Part shown: piece by piece, positions 1-10,911 of the stretch
How the letters are laid out: each line of letters opens with the position of its first letter
Numbering within the stretch: the stretch's first letter is position 1
From: Camelus dromedarius
Lineage: Eukaryota
Length of the DNA: 64,000 bases
Assembly: GCF_036321535.1 (NCBI RefSeq)
Contig: NC_087437.1
Location: 58,902,001 to 58,966,000 of the forward strand
Direction of reading: 5' to 3'
Notes under the pieces: model-generated
The model's input: the letters and a program-made list of their open reading frames with translations, nothing else
Database searches by the model: none
Told to the model about the DNA's origin: nothing
Position numbers and translations under genes: made by a program

Positions 1-200
1 TATCCAAGTAGAATTTAAAGCAAAAAGCTTAAGTGAAATTTAGATTAATATTGACAAAGTGAACACAAAGAAAACAACTATCATGACCCATTATATGCCA
101 CGTAATATAGAATAAAAATAAATAAAGCAAGAATTCTCAAAAATTTAGGAGGAAATTGATAGAAACATAATAATAATAGAAGACTTTAAGTTAACACCTT
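1..200 (+). mobile_element. Old L1 (L1M-type) ORF2 endonuclease-region remnant
   Basis: A-rich text resembling L1 ORF2 (agaatttaaagcaaaaagc...ggagaaattgatagaaacataataataatagaagacttt); degenerate. Confidence 0.55.
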
Positions 201-1495
201 TGACAGCTTGTACATGTGTGTGTAACACACACACACCAATACAATAGTCAAGAAGCACCCCGGGTGTGTTTCAGTCAGTGCAGGGTTAGTCAGGACAATA
301 ACTCTGCTTGTTCTAGAGGCTGCATTTTTCTTAATGACAGTGTACTGTATGTGAGCTTCTTTGGCATCACACACCATGGATTTATATTTGGCTTATGCTG
401 TCAAGAAACCCCATTTGCACATGTGCTGCTAACAAACCATACTCCTCCGTATGGAAGATCTAACCAAGCCCATGAGCTATAAAATCTAGAGAGGTTTCAT
501 TGTTGATTCTGGAGGAAGAAGAAGTGGTATGGGCTATAAGAACTGGAAAAGATTTCTTATAACTATTAATATCTAGATATTTCAAAGCAATGGGTCCTAG
601 TACTAGAACAGATACTAGAATGAGGAGGTTTCAGATCTTTCAAGCCAGTTTTCATTCCCTAAGGCCAGATCATGCTTCCACAAACAGAAACGAGATGGGA
701 AGAGCAGCGAGGTTAAAGGAAAGTTGATAGGTGTCCATGAGGACACTGTGAGTTTGCAGTAGTGACCAGAGAGCCCATTGGAGATGCTTTGCAGACAGTT
801 GGAAATGCAGAACAGGATCTGGATTGGAGAACGACTGTCACAAATGTGAGTTAAAGCTTCACGTTTCTTTCAAGTTACTTCGGAAGTGGATATAGGATTA
901 GTAAGCCTGCTAAAGCCAGGCAATGAGACACTAAAATCCACACAGAGAAGTCTGTGCATGGCGTGGTAGGCAATGTAGAGCCAGCCAAGGTTTTGGATCA
1001 GAGAGTCATTCTAATTACTAGGAGACTCCACATTCTAAACCCAATTTCACTTCCCTACGTGTCTCTCCACTGATGTTTTTTCTGCCCTATAGGGTTACCC
1101 AGAATGCATCTGCTCCCACTTCCGTATGACAATAGAAAGGAAAGAGAAATAGCATTTAGCTTTTGTTTAGTTCGCAGGACTAGCAAGAGAAGCCTTTGGA
1201 GGAGGCACAACACACTGAGAAAACCACATTAATCATCAAACCAGGAAACTGGAACACTCTCCAAAATCATTGCTATAAACTCAATATTTACACAAAATCT
1301 GGAGGTTGGAGTTCTTGTTACTACAGGGAAGGAAAATATGAAAAGCTGCCAGAAAGAGAAGCCCACTTGCTACCCAGTCTCCCCAAATTCATCCCCAAGT
1401 GCAAGATTCTCGCCTTACAGAGAAGGAAATGGTTGCCAAAAGACGTTTCTCGGCCAATAACATGTCCATGCACTTCACTGTTCCCAATGACCAGG

Positions 1496-1597
1496 CCCAT
1501 TTTGAGTTGAGGAAACTGTAGCCCCAAGGGCACAGTGACCTGCCCAATGTCACATAGCAAGTTAGCAGCCAAGCTAATTGTCAAACCCAGTTTGCCC
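1496..1597 (-). mobile_element. MIR SINE core
   Basis: cccattttgagttgaggaaactg...tgacctgcccaatgtcacatagc matches the reverse MIR core. Confidence 0.75.
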
Positions 1598-1837
1598 TGC
1601 GACTCAGCCACACAAACCACGCCTGACAGAGGGAAAATTATCTGTGTTGTGTTTAAAGAAACAAACTCATGCCAAGCTCATTGGGTCTGTTCTTTGGAAA
1701 GATGAAAGCCTGTGGTGATGGAGGAACTGCATATGCTCAACTTTTGGGTGAAGTCACAGGGACCCTTGCTACAATTTCTACAAAAGAAATAGTATCTGCG
1801 AGCTGGGGGCTTTCCAGGTTCTTACTACAGCATGGTT

Positions 1838-1930
1838 TGGCTGGAGCCCAGCCCAGACTTCCTGGGCCAGAATTTCAAGGTAGGATCCTGGAAACCAAAT
1901 TCCTAACAGGACTCCCCAGGGGATCTTAAA
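1838..1930. mobile_element. MER5-like hAT-Charlie fragment
   Basis: gcccagcccagacttcctgggccagaat...ttcctaacaggactccccaggggatct resembles the MER5 internal palindrome. Confidence 0.5.
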
Positions 1931-2727
1931 CAAACCAAAGAACAAGCACCACTGGGGTTTACATTCTGCACCAAACAACCCTGAAAGAGTGAAACCAGAT
2001 CTTGTCCCCAAGCCTGAGGGCAGAGTGCACAGGGATCCTCATCCTGCCTTCAGTCCCAGGTCCCCATGTGCCTTTCTAGCCCCTGATCATCACTCAGCTC
2101 AGCCCAGCTCAGAATGAGTCCCCCTGAAGGACGTCCCTCTGCCATTCTAACTTCCAAAACCTGTCATCAAAGCAACTCTTCTCTCCTAATGAGGTAATTG
2201 GTGCCGTAATACCATTAGGAAGGTGGCCCTGGTGTGCAGCTCAATTAAGAAAGGTGCATTAAATGATTTACATTTCTTTATTTAGCTGAAGCACTAGTTC
2301 TAGACTTGCTAAGTAATAAAATGTTGCTAATGAGCCAGAGTGTGGGGCTCATTTAATTCTATACTATAGCTTTCTAAGTAATTGATGCATCATTCTTCCT
2401 CACCCCACTGTCCAATTTTTCTTCACCTGATGCTGGAAACAGAGAGACAGAAACAGAGACAGAGAAAGGAAACCACATGTCAGATGGCAAAAGGGAGGAC
2501 GAACACATAGACGGAGTCTCAGCCAGATTGTGACAGCCCAATGCCCAGAGTGAACCAGCAAAGTTATCTCTTAACATCGGGAGCCCTATCCGTCTGGGAG
2601 CCCTAATACGGAGGGTCTGGGTGCAGCGTCCCCATCCTGTGGATTCTGCTGGTCTCTGGAAGAGCCCAGGGGAGGTCTGAGTTGGGATGAATTAGCCTTG
2701 TTACTAACAGGGCAGCCAGTGGAGCCG

Positions 2728-2860
2728 TATCAACAGCATCACCCAGGAGCCCATGGGAAATGCAGAATCCTATGCCCCACCCCCAAATCTTCCGAATCAG
2801 AATCTGGATTTGACAAGGCCCTCAAATGATCCTTCCGCCCTTTGAAATTTCAGAAGCACC
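2728..2860. mobile_element. MER5A/MER5A1 hAT-Charlie MITE
   Basis: cagcatcacccaggag...gaaatgcagaatcctatgccccacccc...gaatcagaatctg...tttcagaagcac. Confidence 0.75.
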
Positions 2861-3107
2861 GAGCTCGATCCTCCCAGTATAAACCAGAACTCCCCAGGCC
2901 TCCCTCCGAGCAATCCTCCCACAAGAAGCCAGCCCAGGCCCACCCCAGTGGCAGCATTGCTCTTTTCTTAAATGTGGGACTATATTCATGGGAGAAAAAC
3001 CTTTTTTTTTTTTTTAAAGAAAACAAAACAAAACAAAGAAACAGAAAAGACCAAGAAAGAGTTTCTGGACTTGAGAGGTTCAAAAACCCGTATTTCATTG
3101 TACTCAC

Positions 3108-3560
3108 ATAACCGCTGATCTGCCCTGCATCACACCCAAGGGCTGCACTCTGCTCTGCCAAGCCACAAGTGAACGAAAACCAGAAGGAAAACACTCCTTC
3201 TGACACAGGAGAGCCAGGAACGCCCACGCAGAGACCAGCCTTCTAACATCACAGCATCTCGGCGTGTGGGAGCGGGAAGGGGCCGCAGAAGTCATTTTCC
3301 ACCCTTTCATCCTGGAGAACAAGGAACCAAGACCCACGGGGGACAAGAGGTCTGTTCAAGCATCCCAGGCCTGTTAGCGGCAGAGCTGGTGACGGCTGGG
3401 CCCGGGTTTCTTGTCTCGGATTCTCTTTTTGTGGCACCAGGGGCCCTGGGGAAATCTGTGCAAGGACTATCTCCAGGCCAGCTTGCAGAAGCCATTTCAC
3501 AAATTTGCACAACGTGAAACTGTATTCTTCTAAAGCAAGTGCAACATTACACGGTTGTAA
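3108..3560 (-). other. Candidate minus-strand (probably non-coding/5'UTR) exon ending at a consensus donor
   Basis: Minus strand reads GGTTAT|GTGAGT (intron start 3107-3102) at the end of unique, CpG-enriched sequence. The far boundary is a guess. Confidence 0.3.
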
Positions 3561-3744
3561 CCACTGCTGTGGAGGGGTAACCCGGAGGAGCCAGCTGGCT
3601 GCTGGTCTCAGAATACTGGGCAGAAAGTGAGCTAATCCAAGCTATGCTCTCAAACACTTGAACTGAATTCGACATCAGATTAGGAAATGGAACCAACTTT
3701 CTTTTCACTCTCTTTTCTATTTTTTTCACTCACTCTCCTCCCCA

Positions 3745-3870
3745 GCCCCTCGAGCCCCAACCCCGTACCCCTAATCTGCCTCTGGCAACTATCAATCTGT
3801 TCTGTTTCGGAGTTTGTTTTTTTTAGGTTCCACATGTAAGTGAGATCATATGCTATTTGTCTTCCCTGAC
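3745..3870 (-). mobile_element. L1 3' UTR fragment
   Basis: cctctggcaactatcaatctgttct...ttaggttccacatgtaagtgagatcatatgctatttgtctt is the reverse L1 3' end. Confidence 0.8.
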
Positions 3871-6533
3871 TGACTGACCTCACCCTCTCCTCCACGGGCT
3901 GCTCCCTTCTACCTTCAGCACTTGTGCAATCATCTGTGTGAAATGGCTGGTACCACCACCTCTACCGAACATCTCCACAAGTGACTGATGGCTTGTTTGT
4001 TCAGAGTCGACCTTTTTTTTTTGTTCTTCACATTCACGCAAACTGACTTGAGAACCAAGACAGAGTAACATGAGTGTCCCTGAATCCCAAAGTCTCAACC
4101 AGCAACCCCACAACCGAGCAGACCCCAAGGAGCTCAGATCCCAAATGACCAAGTGACAGCAGTGGAAAAACCCACGTGAGAAAACCTATGTTGAGGACAG
4201 TGCTGCTAAAAATCCAGCTGAATCAACTGCAATCCTCCAACCCTCCTTTCTCCACTGCCTCCAGGGGCCAAACCGAATCTCAATCTCACCTCCCGTCCCT
4301 CTAACGCCTAAACTGGCAGACAGCAGCCTTCTGCTTATTCTGTCCATGAAAGGTGAAACAGTGTGATTTCTAAATTCAGGGCTCCTGGAATCCATTCCTT
4401 CTTCTTTTGTCAGTTTTGTTTGTTTGTTTGTTGTTTCGTTTTGTTTTTCTTTCGGTCCTAAGCACCCTGCCATTTTTTTAAAATAGAGCAAAGAGGGGGA
4501 AAAAGAGAAGAAGCGAAGGCACCTTCCCTGCAGGGACGTGAGTGACTGCCATGTTTCCATGGCTCGCCCTCCACTGTTCTCGGTGACCCCTGCAGACTCC
4601 CCTTATGAGTGAGTGTCCCGGAATGTCTCTTTATTAGGTGTCTGGAGAAGGGAAGCTGTCGTGATGCCAGCGCCCCCACACTGAGGACTTTATTAGGTTT
4701 TTAATTTTCTGTCTGGGTGCTCCTGCGGCATCAAACTTTCCACAGCTGTTAGGAGCTATTAAGTAAGTAGCCTTGTCGGGCCCTTTCCCCACCCCCACAC
4801 AGCTTCTTAATAACAGGAGAAATTTCTGGACATGCTGCATGGAGCCTTTAAAAGAAAGATACTTTGTCTCTCGGGTAGAAATTGTTGGGGGTCCCAGTGG
4901 GGAGATGTTCTGCCCTAAGAAAAGCGCCTTGTCCTTCCTTGTCCGCGTCTTGGCTTTGGGCAGGGCTGTTCAGGCAACGCAGGGAACTGACCTGCGGTGG
5001 GGGGGCCACGCTGAAATGAGAACCCACTCTCTCAGCCATTCTGCCCAGTGAGGAGGGGACCAGAGGGGAGCTCTGACTGTTTTTAGAGCTGACTTGGAAT
5101 CCAGCCCAGAGCTTGATGCCTGGTTCAAAGCGTTCCCTCCTGAGTGGACATTCTGAGACCTGCCACGAAGAATAAAACTGAACGACTTGCAAACTTTCCC
5201 CTTGTAGGCACACAGCTGTGGTTCTGGACAAGGGGCAGGGCTGTTGCTTATGTGCCCCCCTCCCCTCCCCAGAAGGAAATCCTGATTCCCACCTGTCCCC
5301 ATGATCCCCTCCCTGCCAACATCCCTGAGTTGCCCCGAACCCAGCCATCCACAGGACATCCTGTGTGTAAATCCAAAGATGGGGGCTTGTGCACTCACAC
5401 TGACTCGCATGCATGCACGCACACGCACGCACAGAGTGATGCATTAGTGGACCAAGCAAACTGGCCCTTTCCCATCACACCCATAGATCTGGATCGGGAA
5501 GGTGATGACTACTCGGCGGGCAAAGGACAGGCTCTTGAGAGCCCCGAGAATTCTCAGCCTCCCTCTCGGCTCCAGCCTGCCCAGCAATTTGCTTTCCAGT
5601 GGCCGCCTTTAAGCCTCCCTTTGAGAAGACCTTATTTGCAGGGTGAATGTGAAAGCCTCCAGAGAAGAAAACCCTTTGGTGATGCCCGCCTCGGGAACAA
5701 TTTTGCCTCTGAGAGCAAGTTGGTATTTGGGGTTAATCCTTCTGTGGAAACACTGGGTTGAAAGCCAGGAGGAGGTCAGGGGTCTGATTACGGCTTCTGT
5801 TTACATATAAACTTCCTGGTCTGAAGAGACAATAGCAAGGGTTGGGGAGGGGGGGGAAGAAAAGAAAGAAAAGAAGATTTTTTTTTAATTAAATGGACTT
5901 CTTTCTTAAAAAATAAAGTCAACAAGATAAGGTGGAGCTTGTGGAATCAAGTTTTGATTTTAATGGCTAGGTACAAATATTTCTTTAAAAATTGGCAGTC
6001 AGGATTTACATAATAGGGTTGAAGCATCTTGTGAAATAAAATTTGAAATGAAATACTAATATATACACATATTTATATGCATAAGTATATTTTTAAAAAT
6101 AGGAGGAAAGTAAACTTAGTTATCGCCTGAGAACCAGAGGGCCAGTTTTGTTGTATTTTTGAGAGTGGGCTCTGATTTGATTTTTTTTTTTTTTTTCAGT
6201 TTGGTTTGGTCAAGGGAAGTCATGAAGACTCTACAACAGGCAGATGAGCTGAAAACTATGGTATTTAGGCCAATTAAAAACTGCTATAAACACACACATA
6301 CAAGAAAAGCCTAGATGACAGTATTAAAGCCAAATAACCCCATTCTTTCAAAAGAATTAAGGACAAAAAAAAAATACTTCCTCCACATGCTCAAAAGAAG
6401 GCAAAGCAAAACTATGCAGTTGGTCAGGGGAGGAGGAAAAAATGCCAAAGTGGTTACTATAAAAGAGAAGTTAATTTTTAAGATCCATTACTTGAGAAAT
6501 TTTTTAAAGGATTAAATTTAAAGACAAAATTGT

Positions 6534-6535
6534 TT

Positions 6536-6601
<66 letters not shown>
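6534..6601. repeat. (TTTC)17 microsatellite
   Basis: Perfect tetranucleotide run. Confidence 0.97.
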
Positions 6602-6603
<2 letters not shown>

Positions 6604-8136
6604 TTCTTTTTTGAGAAAGAGACAAGGGTTTAAGAGTCTGTCCCAGACATCTTTGAGAACATTAAACAAAATATACATGAAGAAAGCCAATTGCTTGGGA
6701 CATTTACAACCAGATGAAACTTAGGTACGTGGGTTTTAAATTTCAAAACATCCCAGAGTAAAAAAGAGACCCCAAATACTTGATGACTAGTTTCCTTTTG
6801 TATTTCTAACTGGTGAGATTTTCTTGAGGCTTTTGCAAATATTAAAGATGCTTCTCACTGTTCAGTTTATCAAATAAAAAGGAAAGCATTTCTTCAATAA
6901 ATCCTCATCTTTCTACTTTGTCTCCAGCTAAAGAATTTTGGAATGCCAGATTCTTAACAGTTTGACAATGAATTTGTCCACAAAAGTATGTTAAAACAGA
7001 GAGAAATGAACAAAAGTTAAAATCCAATTTTATAGGTCATGAATTGCCCCTTCAAAAGAATCAAGAACCCAGGCTGACAGAGGCAACAGGCACGGGAGAT
7101 GCTGACAGTGATGGAACTCTCCACTTTGGTGCTGTGAGGCTGGCAGGGCTGGATTCACAAAGCACACATTTCTCATTCTTTGGTTGTTCTCAATAAATTC
7201 TGTGACCTCCCAAATTCATGAGCTACTTGGCCTTGTTGGCATGGCCTTTTCCCTTTTATTTCTCTCATCCCCTAAATGAGGACAGTTTCTTGATGTTTTC
7301 TAATACCATTTCCTTCAGAGCATCTGACAGCAGGAAGGAGGCTGTTTCAGTAGCAGGAGTAAAAAGGAGACAAGGGAAGGAGCAGAAAGAAGGACACAGA
7401 CAAACAATTCAGCACCAGACCAGCAGACACAGAGCCCAAAAGTTCACGGCCGAGGTGGCCCAGAAATGCCATGGCTGAAGGCGTGCATTGCCAAGGGACA
7501 CCCAGCACAAAAGATCTGCATTTCTTAGGGGCTCTGATTTTCTATTGCCCTCCCTTGCAGAACCACTTTTGAGAAGGTGAGGCATTTCGCCAGGCTGAAT
7601 ATGGTGGCTGAATAAAGGGGAAAGAATTCGGGACCCGCTGACAAATATCAAAGGTTGTCAGAGAGCGAGTTGTGAGTCAAAGGGTGACATCAGATTGTGT
7701 TATAAGCAGAAGCAGAAGTAAGTCTAACAACAGCTGCCCTTTGGCTCCAGAAGGGCAAGTGGCGGGGCTCTGGGCTCTGCAGTGGACTAAGGCCAGGGTG
7801 CCCACGTCATTCATCCCTTCAAACGGGGCACTGTGGAGAGGAAAAATCAGGAGTCTTATCCGAACTATACTGGGACAACACATTGAAAAACGGACTGCCT
7901 GAGGCGAACTGGGGTGTTGCTACCTTAATTAGGAATCCCTCCAAAATCTAGGAGATAAAGTTTTGCTGCTCTTAGAACCTTCTCCCCAAAGTTGAGCCCC
8001 AGCTGAGCTCCACTTTCACAGAAGGAAAGCCTCTACACTGGCAAGAAGTCGGGCATGAGGATGTGCCTTGGCCAAGTAAGTGCGGGAAACAGACTGTTCA
8101 CTTACTACCTACTCCGGGAAACTCACAATATAAATA

Positions 8137-8265
8137 CAGTCGTCCCTTGGAATTCACACAAGATTAGTTCCAGGACGCCAGTGGATACCCAAATCTGCAG
8201 ATGCTCAAGTCCCTCGTGTAAAACAGCACTGCCCTCTGTATCTACAGGTTACGGAGGACCAAATG
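8137..8265. mobile_element. Internally deleted MER2-type (TcMar-Tigger) MITE
   Basis: ta|cagtcgtcccttgg...ttccaggac...gatgctcaagtccct...acggaggaccaaatg|ta, with TA on both sides. Confidence 0.75.
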
Positions 8266-9254
8266 TATTAGCACATTAGAGATCCTGAGAAGGGCTGCAG
8301 TAAACTAAACCACTTAGCATTGTTCACCCCAGAGTTTTCCCAAAGGTTTTTGACCACTGTGAGACCTTCCGTGGACTGCACACCGAGGCCCTGTGGACAG
8401 ACACTGCTCTAAACCTTGGGAGGCAAGGTATAGACGGGAGGGCTGGGATGACGGGCGATGGGAGCTGGCAGTGTACCTGGGAGCTTCCGGGGCTCCTGAG
8501 GCTGACTCTGGCAGATGTTCAGCTGGGTGAGGTCATACAAGAACCTGCCCTGGTGCAGCCAAAAGGCCTGCAGAAACACGTCTGAAGCCATCCCATGCCG
8601 TGAGCAGGAAGCCTTTGAGTTCACATGAATGTCGGCAGGCCCTCCCCCCCGACAACCCACAAGGCCGGCATGGATATTAAGGAAATGGTGAGCCCGACCC
8701 GTGCTCAGCTGAAACACAGAGAAGCTCTGTTTTCCTGTGAGCATTCCCTCCTTCAGGGGCACGAAGCTACACCTCATCCATCCTGCCACGTCTCTGGCCT
8801 GTGTGTCCTGAGGGCAGTGCCTGAGAGAGGGTGGGTGACACAGCCCCAGTCAGGGGCCACTCTAATCAAGAGGATGAGTTCTGGTAATGGAGGTGACGAG
8901 TGACCACAAGGCTAGGAGGCAAGCTGGAGGCAGCTTGGGTACCAGAAGAAGCACTGTCACTGGACATGGTGGGCTGTATTGACACACGGTTGGTGAGGCA
9001 GAGGCTGCTTGTCTCATGGACGCTCCACGGTTCTCACCTGCATTATCACAAAGTCCTCTGAGGCCATCTCCTTGTGGCCAGTCTCCGGCTACTCCTGTTT
9101 GTCTCTCATTTTGTAGCCAGAAACACACAAATTCACAGAGGCCTTTCAGAGCATCTCACAGTGAGCTGGTGGGCAGGAAAGCCCTACAGAAGGTCATGGT
9201 GATTGGGTGGGGGTCAGAGATCAATGATCCCCAACACCAATGTCCCACCTTCTT

Positions 9255-9712
9255 CACGTGGTGCCCAAGGCCCTTCAGGAGTGCTCTCTAAGGCAACTCC
9301 CTGGTCTAGCCCCCTCCCCTCTGCCTCTACCCGCCTCCCCTGCATCTACTTACACCCGCTGCTCTCTGATCCCTAAACATACCACTCTTCTCATAATCCT
9401 TTGCTTTTCCAATGCCATTCCTTGCCCATAAAATCCTTGTCTTCCCAGCAAAACTTTCCTCATGTGCTTTAAGACCCACCTGAGATTTCACCTTTTCGGC
9501 TGAGCATCCTTCCCCGCTGCCCCTATACCACCTCCAGTCAGGCAGAATTCAAGCTTGCCCACTCCAGGCGCCCACTCCGGGCGCCCACATCCATGCCCTC
9601 AGGCAGTCTCCGTGACTAGACTCTGAGTGCCTGAGGGCAGGAAGCTGTCACACCGTTTCCTTTGTCTTGCTGCCGACCCCAACACCTGCTGCAGTCAACG
9701 CCCACTTAATGT
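9255..9712 (+). mobile_element. L2 LINE 3' fragment
   Basis: L2-like hallmarks ending gtctccgtgactagactctgagtgcctgagggcaggaagctgtc. Confidence 0.6.
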
Positions 9713-10257
9713 GGGGTCATGGGCTAACAAACAGAACTCTGAAGAGTTACAGTCAAGATTCAAACAGTTTTCCTCAGCCTTTAATATTTTACATGTGAAA
9801 AATAAAAGGCACCAGAAACATGCCTTTATGCTGGAATCTGAAAAGAATGATCAAAATGATTAAAATGTGGAAATGGACCAGGACTTCATAACCATGGCTG
9901 AGCAAAAGGATGCTGGCTGGAGACTACCACCCTGTCAGCTCATTTCCCAAAAAAAATGGTAGCCTGAATGGCTAAAGCCCTTTTTATTTTTTATTTAAAG
10001 CTCTTTTAAAGGGGACTAAAAGCAATTCACCTCACGCCCACCCAAAGTCCATGATCTCTGTGAGTCCTTCCAGGAAGCAGATGTACACATTGGCGCAGAC
10101 AGTTACCTTCAGCTCAAAGGAGTTTCTAAGACGGAAGAAATATGAAGCATGGGGAAGAGGCAAGGACTGGACTGGGGAAAAGGAGGTCAAGGAGAAAGAC
10201 GGTACCTGGGAGGCAAGAAGAGGATCAGAAGACTTGACAATAAAAATACAGAGCTTC

Positions 10258-10911
10258 TTCCTTAAAAAACTAAAAATAGACTTACCATATGATTCAGCAA
10301 TTCCACTCCTGGGCATATATCCAGAGAAAACTCTAATTCAAAAAGATACATGTACCCCAGTGTTCACAGCAGTGCTATTTACAATAGCCAAGACATGGAA
10401 GCAACCTAAATGTCCATCAACAGATGACTGAGTAAAGAAGATGAGGTACATATATACAGTGGAATACTACTCAGCCACAAAAAAGAATGAAATAATGCCA
10501 TTTGCAATAACATGGATGGACCTAGAGATTATCATACTAACTGAAGTAAAGTCAGACAGAGAAAGACACATATCATATGATATCACTTATATGTGGAATC
10601 TAAAAAAAGATACAAATGAACTTACCTAAAAAATAGAAATAATCTCACAGACATAGAAAACAAACTTACAGTTACCAAAGGGGAAAGGAGGGGAGGGATA
10701 AATTAGGAATTTGGGATTAACATATAAAATAGATAACCATCAAGGGGACTACTGTATAGCATAGGGAACTATTTTCAATATCTTGTAATAACCTATAATA
10801 GAAAAGAATCTGAAAAAGAACAGACTTATATATATGTATAACTGAATCACTTTGCTGCACATCTGAAACATTGTAAATCAACTATATTTCAGTTAAAAAA
10901 ATACAAAAAAA
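10258..10911 (+). mobile_element. 5'-truncated L1 (end of ORF2 + 3' UTR + A-tail), cetartiodactyl-type
   Basis: Translates to the L1 ORF2 C-terminus (LKKLKIDLPYDSAIPLLGIYP...TIAKTWKQPKCPSTD; EYYSATKKNEIMPFAITWMDLE) with a stop. TSD aaaaa(t/c)acagagcttc at 10242-10257 and 10976-10991. Confidence 0.95.

Noticed and set aside
215..233. (TG)n-A-(AC)n perfect palindrome
   Set aside because: Short, simple-repeat-derived hairpin; common and uninformative.
4848..5761. Longest ORFs (203, 152 and 205 aa), overlapping on both strands
   Set aside because: No recognisable domain, mutually overlapping, and running through a CA/CG-alternating tract; expected by chance in GC-rich DNA.
10051..10629. ORFs 10051-10431 and 10441-10629 with protein-like sequence
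   Set aside because: They are the stop-interrupted C-terminus of L1 ORF2 in a 5'-truncated copy, not a host gene.
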